Origin: a virus | Taxonomy: Duplodnaviria; Caudoviricetes | Length of the DNA: 36,584 nucleotides | Direction: 5' to 3' (one strand) | IMG/VR virus record: IMGVR_UViG_3300036793_000279 | Coordinates: 1-36,584 of that record | Part shown: one piece after another, positions 1 to 7,602 of the stretch | How positions within the stretch are numbered: the first letter of the stretch is position 1 | Layout of the letters: every line of letters starts with the position of its first letter | The notes under the pieces: model-generated | What the model was told of the DNA's origin: nothing | Databases searched by the model: none | What the model saw: only the letters and a program-made list of their open reading frames with translations | Program-made: the position numbers and the translations under genes

Positions 1-1446
1 TTATAGGCTCCATGTAATATCAACAGTCTCAGCTGTCACATATACGCGACTAATTATGCGATTGATGATATTCTTCTGTTGGTCATAGCTTAAGCTTTCA
101 ATAGGCTTATTCCCAATCAACTTTCTTGCGGCTTTAAGTCGATCAGTGGTGCTGGTTTTATTAGATGATGTTATTTTGGCTTTTAAAGCATCCCTGTCTT
201 TTTTCAAGTTCTCACTTCTTTGCTTCATTTCATCAAGAGAAATCATATCGTTAATGTATAGGTCGGATAATCTTTTTATTTTGTTATCAATATTTATCAG
301 TTGTTTTTCGAACCCAGTTGTATCAATAACCGGTTCAGAGTTTATAGATATTAGATTTTCTAAAGCACCGTTATTTAACTGTAGAAGAGAAATCTGATCA
401 ATAACCTCCGCTTCAATATCACTCATATAATAAAAGCCAGAATCACATTTTTTATTGTCATTATATATGGTTACCCCTTTAGTTTTCCGGGGAAATCTAT
501 TTTTGCATTGATATTTAATATCCCTAGATCCATCTTTTCGAACAGATCCCAGTATTACTTGGAGTGGTGTTTTACAATAGCCGCATTTTGCAATTCCAGA
601 TAAAATATATTTTGACTGAAACGGTCGCGGATTATTATTTTTCTGATATGCTTCCTTCTGTCTAATTTCTAACTCGGATTGTACAGCTTGGAATAATTCA
701 GGACTTATTATCGCTTGGTGTAGTCCGTCAAATATTTGATTGTTATATCTAACTTTGCCAGAATAAACAGGATTAGCAAGTGTAGCTCTTAGCGCTCTAT
801 ATGACCAAGGCTTATCTTTTCCAGTGTACCCTTCTGAATTTAATTTATCTCGTAGTTTAGTTATGGACATGCCATTTAGATATTTTTGGAAGATTTGTTT
901 TACAACCTCCGCTTGCAATGGCTCAATCTCAAGAACTCCCGTATCAGTATTATGCAAATAACCGAAAGCTGTTCTAGACCACATCATAGATTTTCCAGAT
1001 TTTGCACGGCCTAATTTCCCGAGCTGCATTCTTTCTTTTATCGTTTCACGCTCAAATTCAGATATTGCTGACAATATTGTTAGGAACAACCCGCCCATTG
1101 CAGAAGATGTATCTATGTTTTCACTTAATGATACAAAGTCAATATTATTTTTTGCGAACACATCCTTTGCAAGGTAAAGAGTGTCACGAACGCTCCGAGA
1201 TAGTCGATCTAATTTGTAAATAAGTACGGTGTCAAATTTTTGTACTGATATATCATTTATGAGTTGCTGCATCCCGGGCCTATCAATATTTGAACCAGTG
1301 AATCCTGCATCAGTATATATTTCAGCAACGGTCCAACCTTTTGCAACGCAATAAGCTTTTAATTTGTCGGTTTGTTCAGAAATTGAATAACCTTCTTCAG
1401 CTTGATTAAGAGTTGAGACTCGAACATATATTGCTACTCTTTTCAT
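1..1446 (-). CDS. int: Large serine recombinase (phage integrase), 481 aa
   Basis: N-terminal YVRVST catalytic Ser motif, KLDRLSR, recombinase domain, Zn ribbon CGYC...C..C, coiled coil. Confidence 0.95.
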   Translation of the reverse strand: MKRVAIYVRVSTLNQAEEGYSISEQTDKLKAYCVAKGWTVAEIYTDAGFTGSNIDRPGMQQLINDISVQKFDTVLIYKLDRLSRSVRDTLYLAKDVFAKNNIDFVSLSENIDTSSAMGGLFLTILSAISEFERETIKERMQLGKLGRAKSGKSMMWSRTAFGYLHNTDTGVLEIEPLQAEVVKQIFQKYLNGMSITKLRDKLNSEGYTGKDKPWSYRALRATLANPVYSGKVRYNNQIFDGLHQAIISPELFQAVQSELEIRQKEAYQKNNNPRPFQSKYILSGIAKCGYCKTPLQVILGSVRKDGSRDIKYQCKNRFPRKTKGVTIYNDNKKCDSGFYYMSDIEAEVIDQISLLQLNNGALENLISINSEPVIDTTGFEKQLINIDNKIKRLSDLYINDMISLDEMKQRSENLKKDRDALKAKITSSNKTSTTDRLKAARKLIGNKPIESLSYDQQKNIINRIISRVYVTAETVDITWSL

Positions 1447-1466
1447 AGTAATCTTACCTCACTATT

Positions 1467-1475
1467 TGTTATAAT
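1467..1475 (+). promoter_or_regulatory. Extended -10 promoter (TGtTATAAT) antisense to the int leader
   Basis: TG-n-TATAAT, followed ~50 nt later by a hairpin and T-run. Confidence 0.55.
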
Positions 1476-1523
1476 AGAGTATAGAAAAATACGTGAATCG
1501 TAAATTTTCTACACTTATTGTTT

Positions 1524-1566
1524 AAAACCGCCCTAAACTTTGGAGAGTCTCAGGACGGTTTTTTTG
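1524..1566. terminator. Probably bidirectional intrinsic terminator between ltp-like gene and int
   Basis: aaaaccgccct...aggacggttttttt hairpin with T-runs on both strands. Confidence 0.7.
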
Positions 1567-1569
1567 TTT

Positions 1570-2154
1570 TTATTTATTCCAAAAATCAGAAGATTTTACT
1601 TCATCATCAATATGGTCAACACCATATTGTGCTTGATCTGCTGGAAATTTTGAGCCATATTCTGATGTTAATTGATCTAGTAGTGCTTGTCCAGTAAGAT
1701 TACTAGTATCACGATAAGATTGGGCAGAAATAACAGCTAAATTATTCCAATTTACGAGAGGATCAATTTTAGCAATAGCTGCGTTTGCTTCTTCAGGAGT
1801 CATTTGAGAACCATATTCGGAAGTTAGTTGGTCATACAATCCCTGTTTACTTAAATGTGCTGTATTAAGATAGCTAATTGCTGTCTTAGTTTGTGCTAAA
1901 GCATTTCCTTTCAGGCCGTCAAGAGCTTTTTCTTCACCAGTAAGGACTTTAGGTGCTTCCTTTTTAGGTTTAGAAGTTTCAGTTTTTGATTCAGATGTTT
2001 TTTGTTCTGATGATGCAGAAGTGCTACTAGAGTTCTTATCATCTGAATTGCCATTCATAGCGCCGTTTATTCCAACAACAACGATAACTATAAGTATCCA
2101 AAACCAAATACGTTTGTAGATAGGTTTTTTAACTTTAGGTGTACTATGATTCAT
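1570..2154 (-). CDS. Membrane-anchored Ltp-like protein, putative superinfection exclusion, 194 aa
   Basis: N-terminal KKPIYKRIWFW + TM helix, S/T/K-rich linker, two repeats SKQGLYDQLTSEYG / TGQALLDQLTSEYG typical of Lipoprotein_Ltp; AAGGAG RBS. Confidence 0.8.
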   Translation of the reverse strand: MNHSTPKVKKPIYKRIWFWILIVIVVVGINGAMNGNSDDKNSSSTSASSEQKTSESKTETSKPKKEAPKVLTGEEKALDGLKGNALAQTKTAISYLNTAHLSKQGLYDQLTSEYGSQMTPEEANAAIAKIDPLVNWNNLAVISAQSYRDTSNLTGQALLDQLTSEYGSKFPADQAQYGVDHIDDEVKSSDFWNK

Positions 2155-2200
2155 AAATTTGTTCTCCTTACCCTTTTAACGTGATTAGTGCACGTAATTT

Positions 2201-2401
2201 TTATTTAAACAAATCCCAAAAAGAAAATGTACTTTTCTTGTAAACTTTATTGTACGCAGCTTTTTTAGGGTTTTTAACAATCCCAGTTCCTTTTTTACCA
2301 TAGGTAGGGACAGCTGCTTTTTTTATTTGTCTTTTCACTTTCCCGGTCGTCTGAGCTTTTATGCTCTTTTTTATACTGGGTTTTCTCATCCCAATTTTCA
2401 T
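2201..2401 (-). CDS. Small very basic phage protein, 66 aa
   Basis: GGAG RBS; MKIGMRKPSIKKS type of ORF commonly seen in Firmicutes lysogeny modules. Confidence 0.75.
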   Translation of the reverse strand: MKIGMRKPSIKKSIKAQTTGKVKRQIKKAAVPTYGKKGTGIVKNPKKAAYNKVYKKSTFSFWDLFK

Positions 2402-2410
2402 AGATATCTC

Positions 2411-2734
2411 CTAATCGAATTCAATATTATCAATACTTTCAGTGAATTCATCTAATATTTCAAGTTCACTTATTTGTGCAAGCCACTTTTCTACTTTTAC
2501 TGGGGTAGAATCGGTTTTCTTTGTTTTAACTTCTTTGCTAACTTTGTGATACATGTTCTGAAGCGAAACATTCCAATTTTTATTTACTTCAGTTTCAATC
2601 TGTGTATCAGTCAAATAAACGTTATTATCTTCAGATTCAACCATACGTCTCATGTAAGTAGTCATCTTTTCAAAGAAGCTGCTTTTTGCATTGCAATTTT
2701 CTTCTACATATTTTTTGAATTCTTCAAATTCCAT
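2411..2734 (-). CDS. Hypothetical acidic protein, 107 aa (start likely ATG 2734, not 2788)
   Basis: GGTG RBS and ATG immediately after the cI stop. Confidence 0.7.
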   Translation of the reverse strand: MEFEEFKKYVEENCNAKSSFFEKMTTYMRRMVESEDNNVYLTDTQIETEVNKNWNVSLQNMYHKVSKEVKTKKTDSTPVKVEKWLAQISELEILDEFTESIDNIEFD

Positions 2735-2735
2735 G

Positions 2736-3524
2736 TCAATCACCGTTCTTCTTATCGTTTTCATTATATCGTCCAATAACTTTACCAACGATTCGGAAGT
2801 CAGACTCTGGCAATATAGGTTTATCTCTATACTTAGGGTTCAAACTGTGCAAGAATGCCCCTTCTTCGTCAATACGTAACTCCTTGATATATGCATCACC
2901 ATCTAGGATAAATACACCAATATCTCCGTCATACAGGTCGTACGTGGTTTCTACGAACACATAATCCCAATCATGATATATTGGCTCCATAGAATCGCCA
3001 CAAACAGGAACAACAAAGTCGGCGCTATAATCAACTGGTAATGTTATTGTTTCTTGTACACCATCTGTTAGATATTGTCCTGTTCCAGCAGATACGGCGT
3101 TATCGTAATAGTTATAGGTAAACTCACGAATATCGATGATATTTTCTCTTTGTTGTTTAGTGAGCTGATCTTTACTATATAAGAGAACTTTTTCTTGTCG
3201 TGATTCGTTGAGTTGTTTCATTGCTTCTATGGTTTTTTCAATTAAAGGTGAAGTTATAGAGGCTGTTAATTCATCCCAATTTGGTAATAAACTTGGGTCA
3301 ATATCACTTTTATCAACTCCAAAAAAATCAGCTATTTGTTCAATCTTCCCTAAGTTAGGAGTAGCTTTACCATTGATATACTCGCTGATAGAGCTTTGCG
3401 GGAGTCCCGTGCCTCTTTTTAAGTCTATTGCTTTTAATCCATTCTCATCTAGTAATCTTTTAATATTAGAAGATATAAGCTGCCGAAGCTTTTCTTCGTG
3501 AGGTTTAAGAGTTCCTCTCCCCAT
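2736..3524 (-). CDS. cI: CI-like repressor (XRE HTH + S24 peptidase), 262 aa
   Basis: HTH QSSISEYINGKATP; cleavage site SAGTG; catalytic GDSM and YIK motifs; GGGAGG RBS. Confidence 0.93.
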   Translation of the reverse strand: MGRGTLKPHEEKLRQLISSNIKRLLDENGLKAIDLKRGTGLPQSSISEYINGKATPNLGKIEQIADFFGVDKSDIDPSLLPNWDELTASITSPLIEKTIEAMKQLNESRQEKVLLYSKDQLTKQQRENIIDIREFTYNYYDNAVSAGTGQYLTDGVQETITLPVDYSADFVVPVCGDSMEPIYHDWDYVFVETTYDLYDGDIGVFILDGDAYIKELRIDEEGAFLHSLNPKYRDKPILPESDFRIVGKVIGRYNENDKKNGD

Positions 3525-3557
3525 AATATGTGTCCTCCCAATTATTAATATAAATAC

Positions 3558-3586
3558 ATTATATCGTTAAAATGCGATATTTTCAA
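3558..3586 (-). promoter_or_regulatory. Leftward (lysogenic) promoter TTGAAA-17-TATAAT
   Basis: Near-consensus sigma-A hexamers, 17-nt spacer, upstream of cI. Confidence 0.85.
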
Positions 3587-3649
3587 GCTTATGCTAATAT
3601 AATATCGTAAAAATACGTTTTTTTCTTGACAATCGGTTTAAAGCGATGT
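3561..3649. promoter_or_regulatory. Three repressor operators ATCG-N8-CG(A/T)T (3563, 3604, 3632)
   Basis: atcgttaaaatgcgat, atcgtaaaaatacgtt, atcggtttaaagcgat; two sit within the promoter spacers. Confidence 0.8.
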
Positions 3650-3654
3650 ATAAT
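3626..3654 (+). promoter_or_regulatory. Rightward (early lytic) promoter TTGACA-17-TATAAT
   Basis: Perfect consensus with 17-nt spacer. Confidence 0.9.
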
Positions 3655-3660
3655 TGATTC

Positions 3661-3770
3661 ATAAAGTTAAACAAGCGAACAAACATAGCAACACCTAGTA
3701 CGACGAAGGAGCGATGTTGCAACTGTAGTTACACGTTGTATTCAACTCAGCGTAAGTAGCTGTTTGACAA
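3661..3770 (+). other. Structured untranslated leader of the early transcript
   Basis: caaaca/tgtttg, gcaaca/tgttgc and gttg/caac stems by eye; no ORF. Confidence 0.4.
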
Positions 3771-3772
3771 AT

Positions 3773-3790
3773 AAAAAGCCCCACTGGGGC
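3773..3790 (-). terminator. Intrinsic terminator for the minus-strand gene 3917-4159
   Basis: gccccagtggggc followed by ttttt on the minus strand. Confidence 0.65.
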
Positions 3791-3804
3791 GGAAAGGAAT
3801 CTGT

Positions 3805-4029
3805 ATGGCGAAAAGAAAATCTTATATTCCAAAGTATTCAAGAGAACGGCAAAAGAAAAGGCAGCTAACAAATTTATTTGTAGCTACCATACCTAAAAAA
3901 GATTTTGAAGTTACTCTTAACTTGGGATATGCGTATCAGCACGTTTCAAGTATTCTAATAACTCTTGATCACTTAAACCAGATACAAGAGTTCTCAAACG
4001 CTTATCTTCAACCTTTAAAAGTTGTTTAG
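3805..4029 (+). CDS. Hypothetical protein with Arg/Lys-rich N-terminus, 74 aa
   Basis: GAAAGGA RBS before ATG; first ORF after the lytic promoter; overlaps the minus-strand gene by 113 nt. Confidence 0.5.
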   Translation: MAKRKSYIPKYSRERQKKRQLTNLFVATIPKKDFEVTLNLGYAYQHVSSILITLDHLNQIQEFSNAYLQPLKVV

Positions 4030-4159
4030 CAATCCCAGAATTTTTTTGTACCTCTTCTGGAGAGCCAAAGTTGTTACGAAGAAAGTCAGCTCGAAGATAA
4101 TTAAATACTTTCTCTTCGCAAGATTTTCTAGTATCATCATTTTCATTAAATAAATTCAA
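3917..4159 (-). CDS. Hypothetical protein, 80 aa, counter-oriented with own promoter
   Basis: AAAGGAGG RBS before TTG; TGaTATAAT at 4216-4224; terminator 3773-3790. Confidence 0.7.
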   Translation of the reverse strand: MNLFNENDDTRKSCEEKVFNYLRADFLRNNFGSPEEVQKNSGIAKQLLKVEDKRLRTLVSGLSDQELLEYLKRADTHIPS

Positions 4160-4263
4160 AGTAACATCCTCCTTTCATAATACTAAGCCGATACCGTAAA
4201 TATCTGCTCATAGTCATTATATCAAGGAGAACACAAAAATATATATACAGAAAGGAGCCATTC

Positions 4264-4542
4264 ATGGCAGAAAAAACATTACCTCCGAAAATTACATTGA
4301 AAGCAGCTAGAGTAAATGTGGGATTAACACAGATCCAAGCAGCTAAATTAGCAGGTGTCCATCATCAAAAATTACAAAAATATGAGGTTGATAGTGATGA
4401 TATCCCAAGAAGTTTAGCTAAGAAATTAGCTAATATATACGGGTACCCTATTGATAATATTTTTTTTGGAACTGATATCGCTTTAAAGCGTTATATCGAT
4501 AAAATATCTTCAGTAAATAATTTTGAAAAACACGCAAGTTAG
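4264..4542 (+). CDS. cro: Cro-like XRE HTH regulator, 92 aa
   Basis: ITLKAARVNVGLTQIQAAK HTH, IFF end motif; AAAGGAG RBS; divergent from cI. Confidence 0.85.
   Translation: MAEKTLPPKITLKAARVNVGLTQIQAAKLAGVHHQKLQKYEVDSDDIPRSLAKKLANIYGYPIDNIFFGTDIALKRYIDKISSVNNFEKHAS
4475..4494. promoter_or_regulatory. Distal operator in the 3' end of cro
   Basis: atatcgctttaaagcgttat matches the switch operators. Confidence 0.7.
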
Positions 4543-4553
4543 AAAGGAAGAAC

Positions 4554-4718
4554 ATGGAAAAAGAACAACTCACAATTTCGGCGGACGTATATTCGTCGGA
4601 AAAAGCAAAAGAACTCCTAGATGACCTAGAAGTTCTAAAAGATAAATACGATATGAGCATGTCGCTAACTATTTCTCCAAAAATAGAATGGGGAAATAAA
4701 CGCGATATGAATTTTTAA
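4554..4718 (+). CDS. Small hypothetical protein, 54 aa (MEKEQLTISADV...), not in ORF track
   Basis: AGAAAGGAAG RBS; hand translation; stop overlaps the convergent gene stop (ttaa). Confidence 0.65.
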   Translation: MEKEQLTISADVYSSEKAKELLDDLEVLKDKYDMSMSLTISPKIEWGNKRDMNF

Positions 4719-4900
4719 TCTTTATTATCTGGCTCGTTTAGCCAAATATGATATTGCTCTATCATATCAAACATAACTTGAGGCATAGCTGATACATTAT
4801 CTACTATACTACCGCCTTCTAAACGTTTTTTAAATATTTCTTTTGTAATTTCAGGGTGCTTGTTCAATTTCTCTCTGAAATCCTCGAAATTTTTAGACAT
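4715..4900 (-). CDS. Hypothetical protein, 61 aa, counter-oriented with own promoter
   Basis: GAAAGGAG RBS; TGcTATAAT at 4950-4958. Confidence 0.7.
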   Translation of the reverse strand: MSKNFEDFREKLNKHPEITKEIFKKRLEGGSIVDNVSAMPQVMFDMIEQYHIWLNEPDNKD

Positions 4901-4969
4901 AAATCAAAAATCTCCTTTCTATAATATTAAGCAAATACTGCTTAACCATATTATAGCACGGAGAAAAGT

Positions 4970-5048
4970 AAAAAAAGCCCACTGCGGGAACAGTGAGCTA
5001 GATGAATTTAGATAAGGATATTATACCATGCAAACAATCACATATCAA
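4970..5048 (-). ncRNA. Putative ~45-nt antisense sRNA unit (promoter + terminator)
   Basis: TTGATA-17-TATAAT with TG (5048-5020), then hairpin agctcactg-ttcccg-cagtgggct + T7. Confidence 0.5.
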
Positions 5049-5168
5049 ATTGTCATCATAGAGACTGGCGAAATCATATACGAATTTTTTGCAGGAAAAT
5101 GTGCGAATGTTTGGCCTTTAAATATTATCGCAGAACGTTTGCATGCAATAGTTCATAGAAAGGAATGA
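5028..5168 (+). CDS. Small hypothetical protein, 46 aa (MQTITYQIVII...), not in ORF track
   Basis: TAAGGA RBS; stop overlaps next start (ATGA). Confidence 0.55.
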   Translation: MQTITYQIVIIETGEIIYEFFAGKCANVWPLNIIAERLHAIVHRKE

Positions 5169-5353
5169 AGATGGCAAAACAAAGGAGACCGCCTAAAAAG
5201 TACAAGGTTACAAATATATTAGCTGATGGAACAAGAATCAGTGAAGAAGATTGGCCAGAGTGGTGCAGAAACAATCCATTGACTGGAGAGATAGCAATAG
5301 AGATAGGCAGAATTATATTAGCTGGTATCGATCGAGACCAAGAAGCGAGCTAA
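5165..5353 (+). CDS. Small hypothetical protein, candidate excisionase/RDF, ~60 aa
   Basis: AGAAAGGA RBS; size and early position as expected for serine-integrase RDFs; function is inference only. Confidence 0.6.
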   Translation: MKMAKQRRPPKKYKVTNILADGTRISEEDWPEWCRNNPLTGEIAIEIGRIILAGIDRDQEAS

Positions 5354-5386
5354 TTAAAAAGAATTTGTCTAATTTATGGAGGAAAA

Positions 5387-5560
5387 ATGAAATCAATAAC
5401 AATTATCAATGGTCGAGCAGTAGAAATTCAAAAAACTGCAGTGGGCATAAAATATAAAGATCGTCCGCTATCTAGTATGGAAGAACGTTATGAAGCATGG
5501 AAAGCTGAGCAGCGTAAAGAAAAAATGCTTCGAGAAAGCATCACAACTTGGGGATATTAA
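5387..5560 (+). CDS. Small hypothetical protein, 57 aa (MKSITIINGRAV...), not in ORF track
   Basis: GGAGG RBS, hand translation. Confidence 0.7.
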   Translation: MKSITIINGRAVEIQKTAVGIKYKDRPLSSMEERYEAWKAEQRKEKMLRESITTWGY

Positions 5561-5624
5561 AAAGCTCCTAGCGGCAACTAGGAGCGGGTAGAAACTTTGG
5601 AAAGATTCTACCATAATTTTAACA
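5559..5624 (-). ncRNA. Putative antisense sRNA unit upstream of bet
   Basis: TGtTAAAAT (5624-5616), hairpin ggtagaa/ttctacc, then gctcctag-ttgccg-ctaggagc + T5. Confidence 0.45.
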
Positions 5625-5646
5625 CGAAAATTGGAGAAAACAAAGA

Positions 5647-6396
5647 ATGGCAAATGAATTAGGTATCTTTAGTATCGATAAATTAAATATGACAACCGTC
5701 AAACAGTATCTGAAGGGTGGTGGTCAAGCAAGTGATGAAGAGTTGGTATTACTTATCAATCTTTGTAAACAAAACAATATGAATCCATTTACCAAGGAAG
5801 TCTATTTTGTTAAATATGGTTCACAACCCGCACAAATTGTTGTATCGCGCGATTTTTACCGTAAACGAGCCATGGCAAATCCAAACTTTGCAGGTATTGA
5901 AGTTGGAGTTATTGTTCAGGAAGAAGATGGGACAATAAAAAACTTAGATGGAGCCTTTAAAACGAAGAAACAAGAACTTGTTGGCGCATGGGCTAGAGTT
6001 CATATGAAAAATTTCGAAATACCAATCCATGTAGCAGTTGCTTATGATGAATATGTCCAACTTAAGGAAGGGCGTCCTAATAAGATGTGGAGCGCAAAGC
6101 CTTGTACTATGTTAACGAAGGTTGCAGAAAGTCAGGCTCTTAGAATGGCTTTCCCAGATGAATTTTCTGGGACTTACGGCGAAGAAGAATATCCTGAACA
6201 AAAGCAGCTTCGTGAAGTTAACGGAGTAAAAGAACCTAGCCGTGAAGAAATAGAAACCTTTGATCAAAATAAATATTTAGAGCAAAAAAAAGCAGAGCTT
6301 GAAGCAGCTAAACAAACAAAAGATGTAAATCAAGAAACAGGAGAAATCTTAGAAGGAGAAGTTATTTCTGGGGAAGTTACTGCGGAGGACTTTTAA
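5647..6396 (+). CDS. bet: Bet/RecT-family ssDNA annealing recombinase, 249 aa
   Basis: MNPFTKEVYFVKY, GAWARV, W..KP.TML.KVAESQALRMAFP motifs; acidic tail. Confidence 0.9.
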   Translation: MANELGIFSIDKLNMTTVKQYLKGGGQASDEELVLLINLCKQNNMNPFTKEVYFVKYGSQPAQIVVSRDFYRKRAMANPNFAGIEVGVIVQEEDGTIKNLDGAFKTKKQELVGAWARVHMKNFEIPIHVAVAYDEYVQLKEGRPNKMWSAKPCTMLTKVAESQALRMAFPDEFSGTYGEEEYPEQKQLREVNGVKEPSREEIETFDQNKYLEQKKAELEAAKQTKDVNQETGEILEGEVISGEVTAEDF

Positions 6397-7362
6397 ATGA
6401 GTGAAATTAGTGTAGCATTTGAACCTGCAAAAATTGAAGTTCTTGATCGTGAAAAATTTGAAGAACAGATTAATAATATTGCTGAAGCAAATTCAAATCG
6501 TGTAGTTACTGCAGAAACTCTCAAAGATGATAAGAGCACGAGAGCAGAATTACGTAAACTTTATAAATCATTAAATGATGAAAAAATCCGAATCAAAAAA
6601 GAATATAACAAGCCTTTAAGCGAGTTTGAAACGTGGTTTAAGAAAGCTGTTGCAGTTCTTGATAAAGCTATTGGCCAAATTGATGATGGTGTAAAGGAAG
6701 TTGAATTCAAACAGAAAGAGGAACGTAAGGAAATAGTACGTGCCGAGTTACTTGAATTAACAAAAGATTTAGAACTTGACTCAAGAATTTTTGAAGTGAT
6801 GGTTGATGATTGGGCAAAAGCCTCGAATTTCAACGATTACAAACCAAAGAAAACTTTACAAGATAGCATGAGCTATGCTGTTGAACAAGAACGACTTAAG
6901 CAAGAGGAAATTAAAAAGAACAAAAAAAACATTTCAAACTTTGCATTCATGAGCGGAATCAGTGACACTCCTTATATTCGTATGTATGACGATGGAAAAG
7001 AAGTATCTGAGATTCTTGAAATAATGAATGAAGATATTGCAAAAGAGAAAGCTCGTAAAGAAGCCGAAGAAGCTCAACGCAAAGCTGAGGAACAAAAAAG
7101 ACAAGAGCTAGTCAATCAGCAATTTGAGAAAGATTTCAATGGACAAGTTGAACAGCCACAGGTACAAGAAGAAGTTCCGGCAGAGCAAGTTTTATCTGAA
7201 GAAGTTGAAACTACAAGTGAAACAGTAGAATCTAAAAAACATTATCGGGCTACTATTGAAATTGAATTTGAGTCTATTGAAGAAAAAGACAGATGGAAAC
7301 AATGTATGCAAGCTAATGGATTTGGAGATTTTAAAGCAATAAGTTTTGAAAAAATAAAATAA
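6397..7362 (+). CDS. DUF1351-like coiled-coil phage protein, 321 aa
   Basis: RAELRKL...IKKEYNKPL..FE motif; usual neighbour of bet. Confidence 0.75.
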   Translation: MSEISVAFEPAKIEVLDREKFEEQINNIAEANSNRVVTAETLKDDKSTRAELRKLYKSLNDEKIRIKKEYNKPLSEFETWFKKAVAVLDKAIGQIDDGVKEVEFKQKEERKEIVRAELLELTKDLELDSRIFEVMVDDWAKASNFNDYKPKKTLQDSMSYAVEQERLKQEEIKKNKKNISNFAFMSGISDTPYIRMYDDGKEVSEILEIMNEDIAKEKARKEAEEAQRKAEEQKRQELVNQQFEKDFNGQVEQPQVQEEVPAEQVLSEEVETTSETVESKKHYRATIEIEFESIEEKDRWKQCMQANGFGDFKAISFEKIK

Positions 7363-7590
7363 CAACACGTGCTCGGAATCACGTTAAAAGCAGCGTGGAT
7401 TCATTTGTTCAGCAATAAGACGGTAATAACAGAAAATCGTATTTTGTCATTGAAACACGTTAGAAAGTCATAGTTTTATCTGAATATTAAATGGATCAGC
7501 ATCACACAATAGGCTTTGTGCAGGAAGGACATGTAAGTCGCTGCATATAGTAAGATTCCCTCGGGGCAAAACAGCAGAACCTATTGTTTA
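7363..7590 (+). ncRNA. Candidate structured RNA upstream of the replication initiator
   Basis: ORF-free 240-nt gap with several nested stems rich in G-U pairs on the + strand. Confidence 0.5.
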
Positions 7591-7602
7591 CGGAGATATA
7601 AA

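Noticed and set aside
146-1223. Plus-strand ORFs 146-397 and 1002-1223
   Set aside because: Shadows of int on the opposite strand, no RBS
4448-4660. Minus-strand 70-aa ORF
   Set aside because: Antisense to cro and to the 4554-4718 ORF, which have good RBSs
5251-5653. ORFs 5251-5457 (+) and 5468-5653 (-)
   Set aside because: Overlap better supported ORFs 5165-5353 and 5387-5560; no RBS
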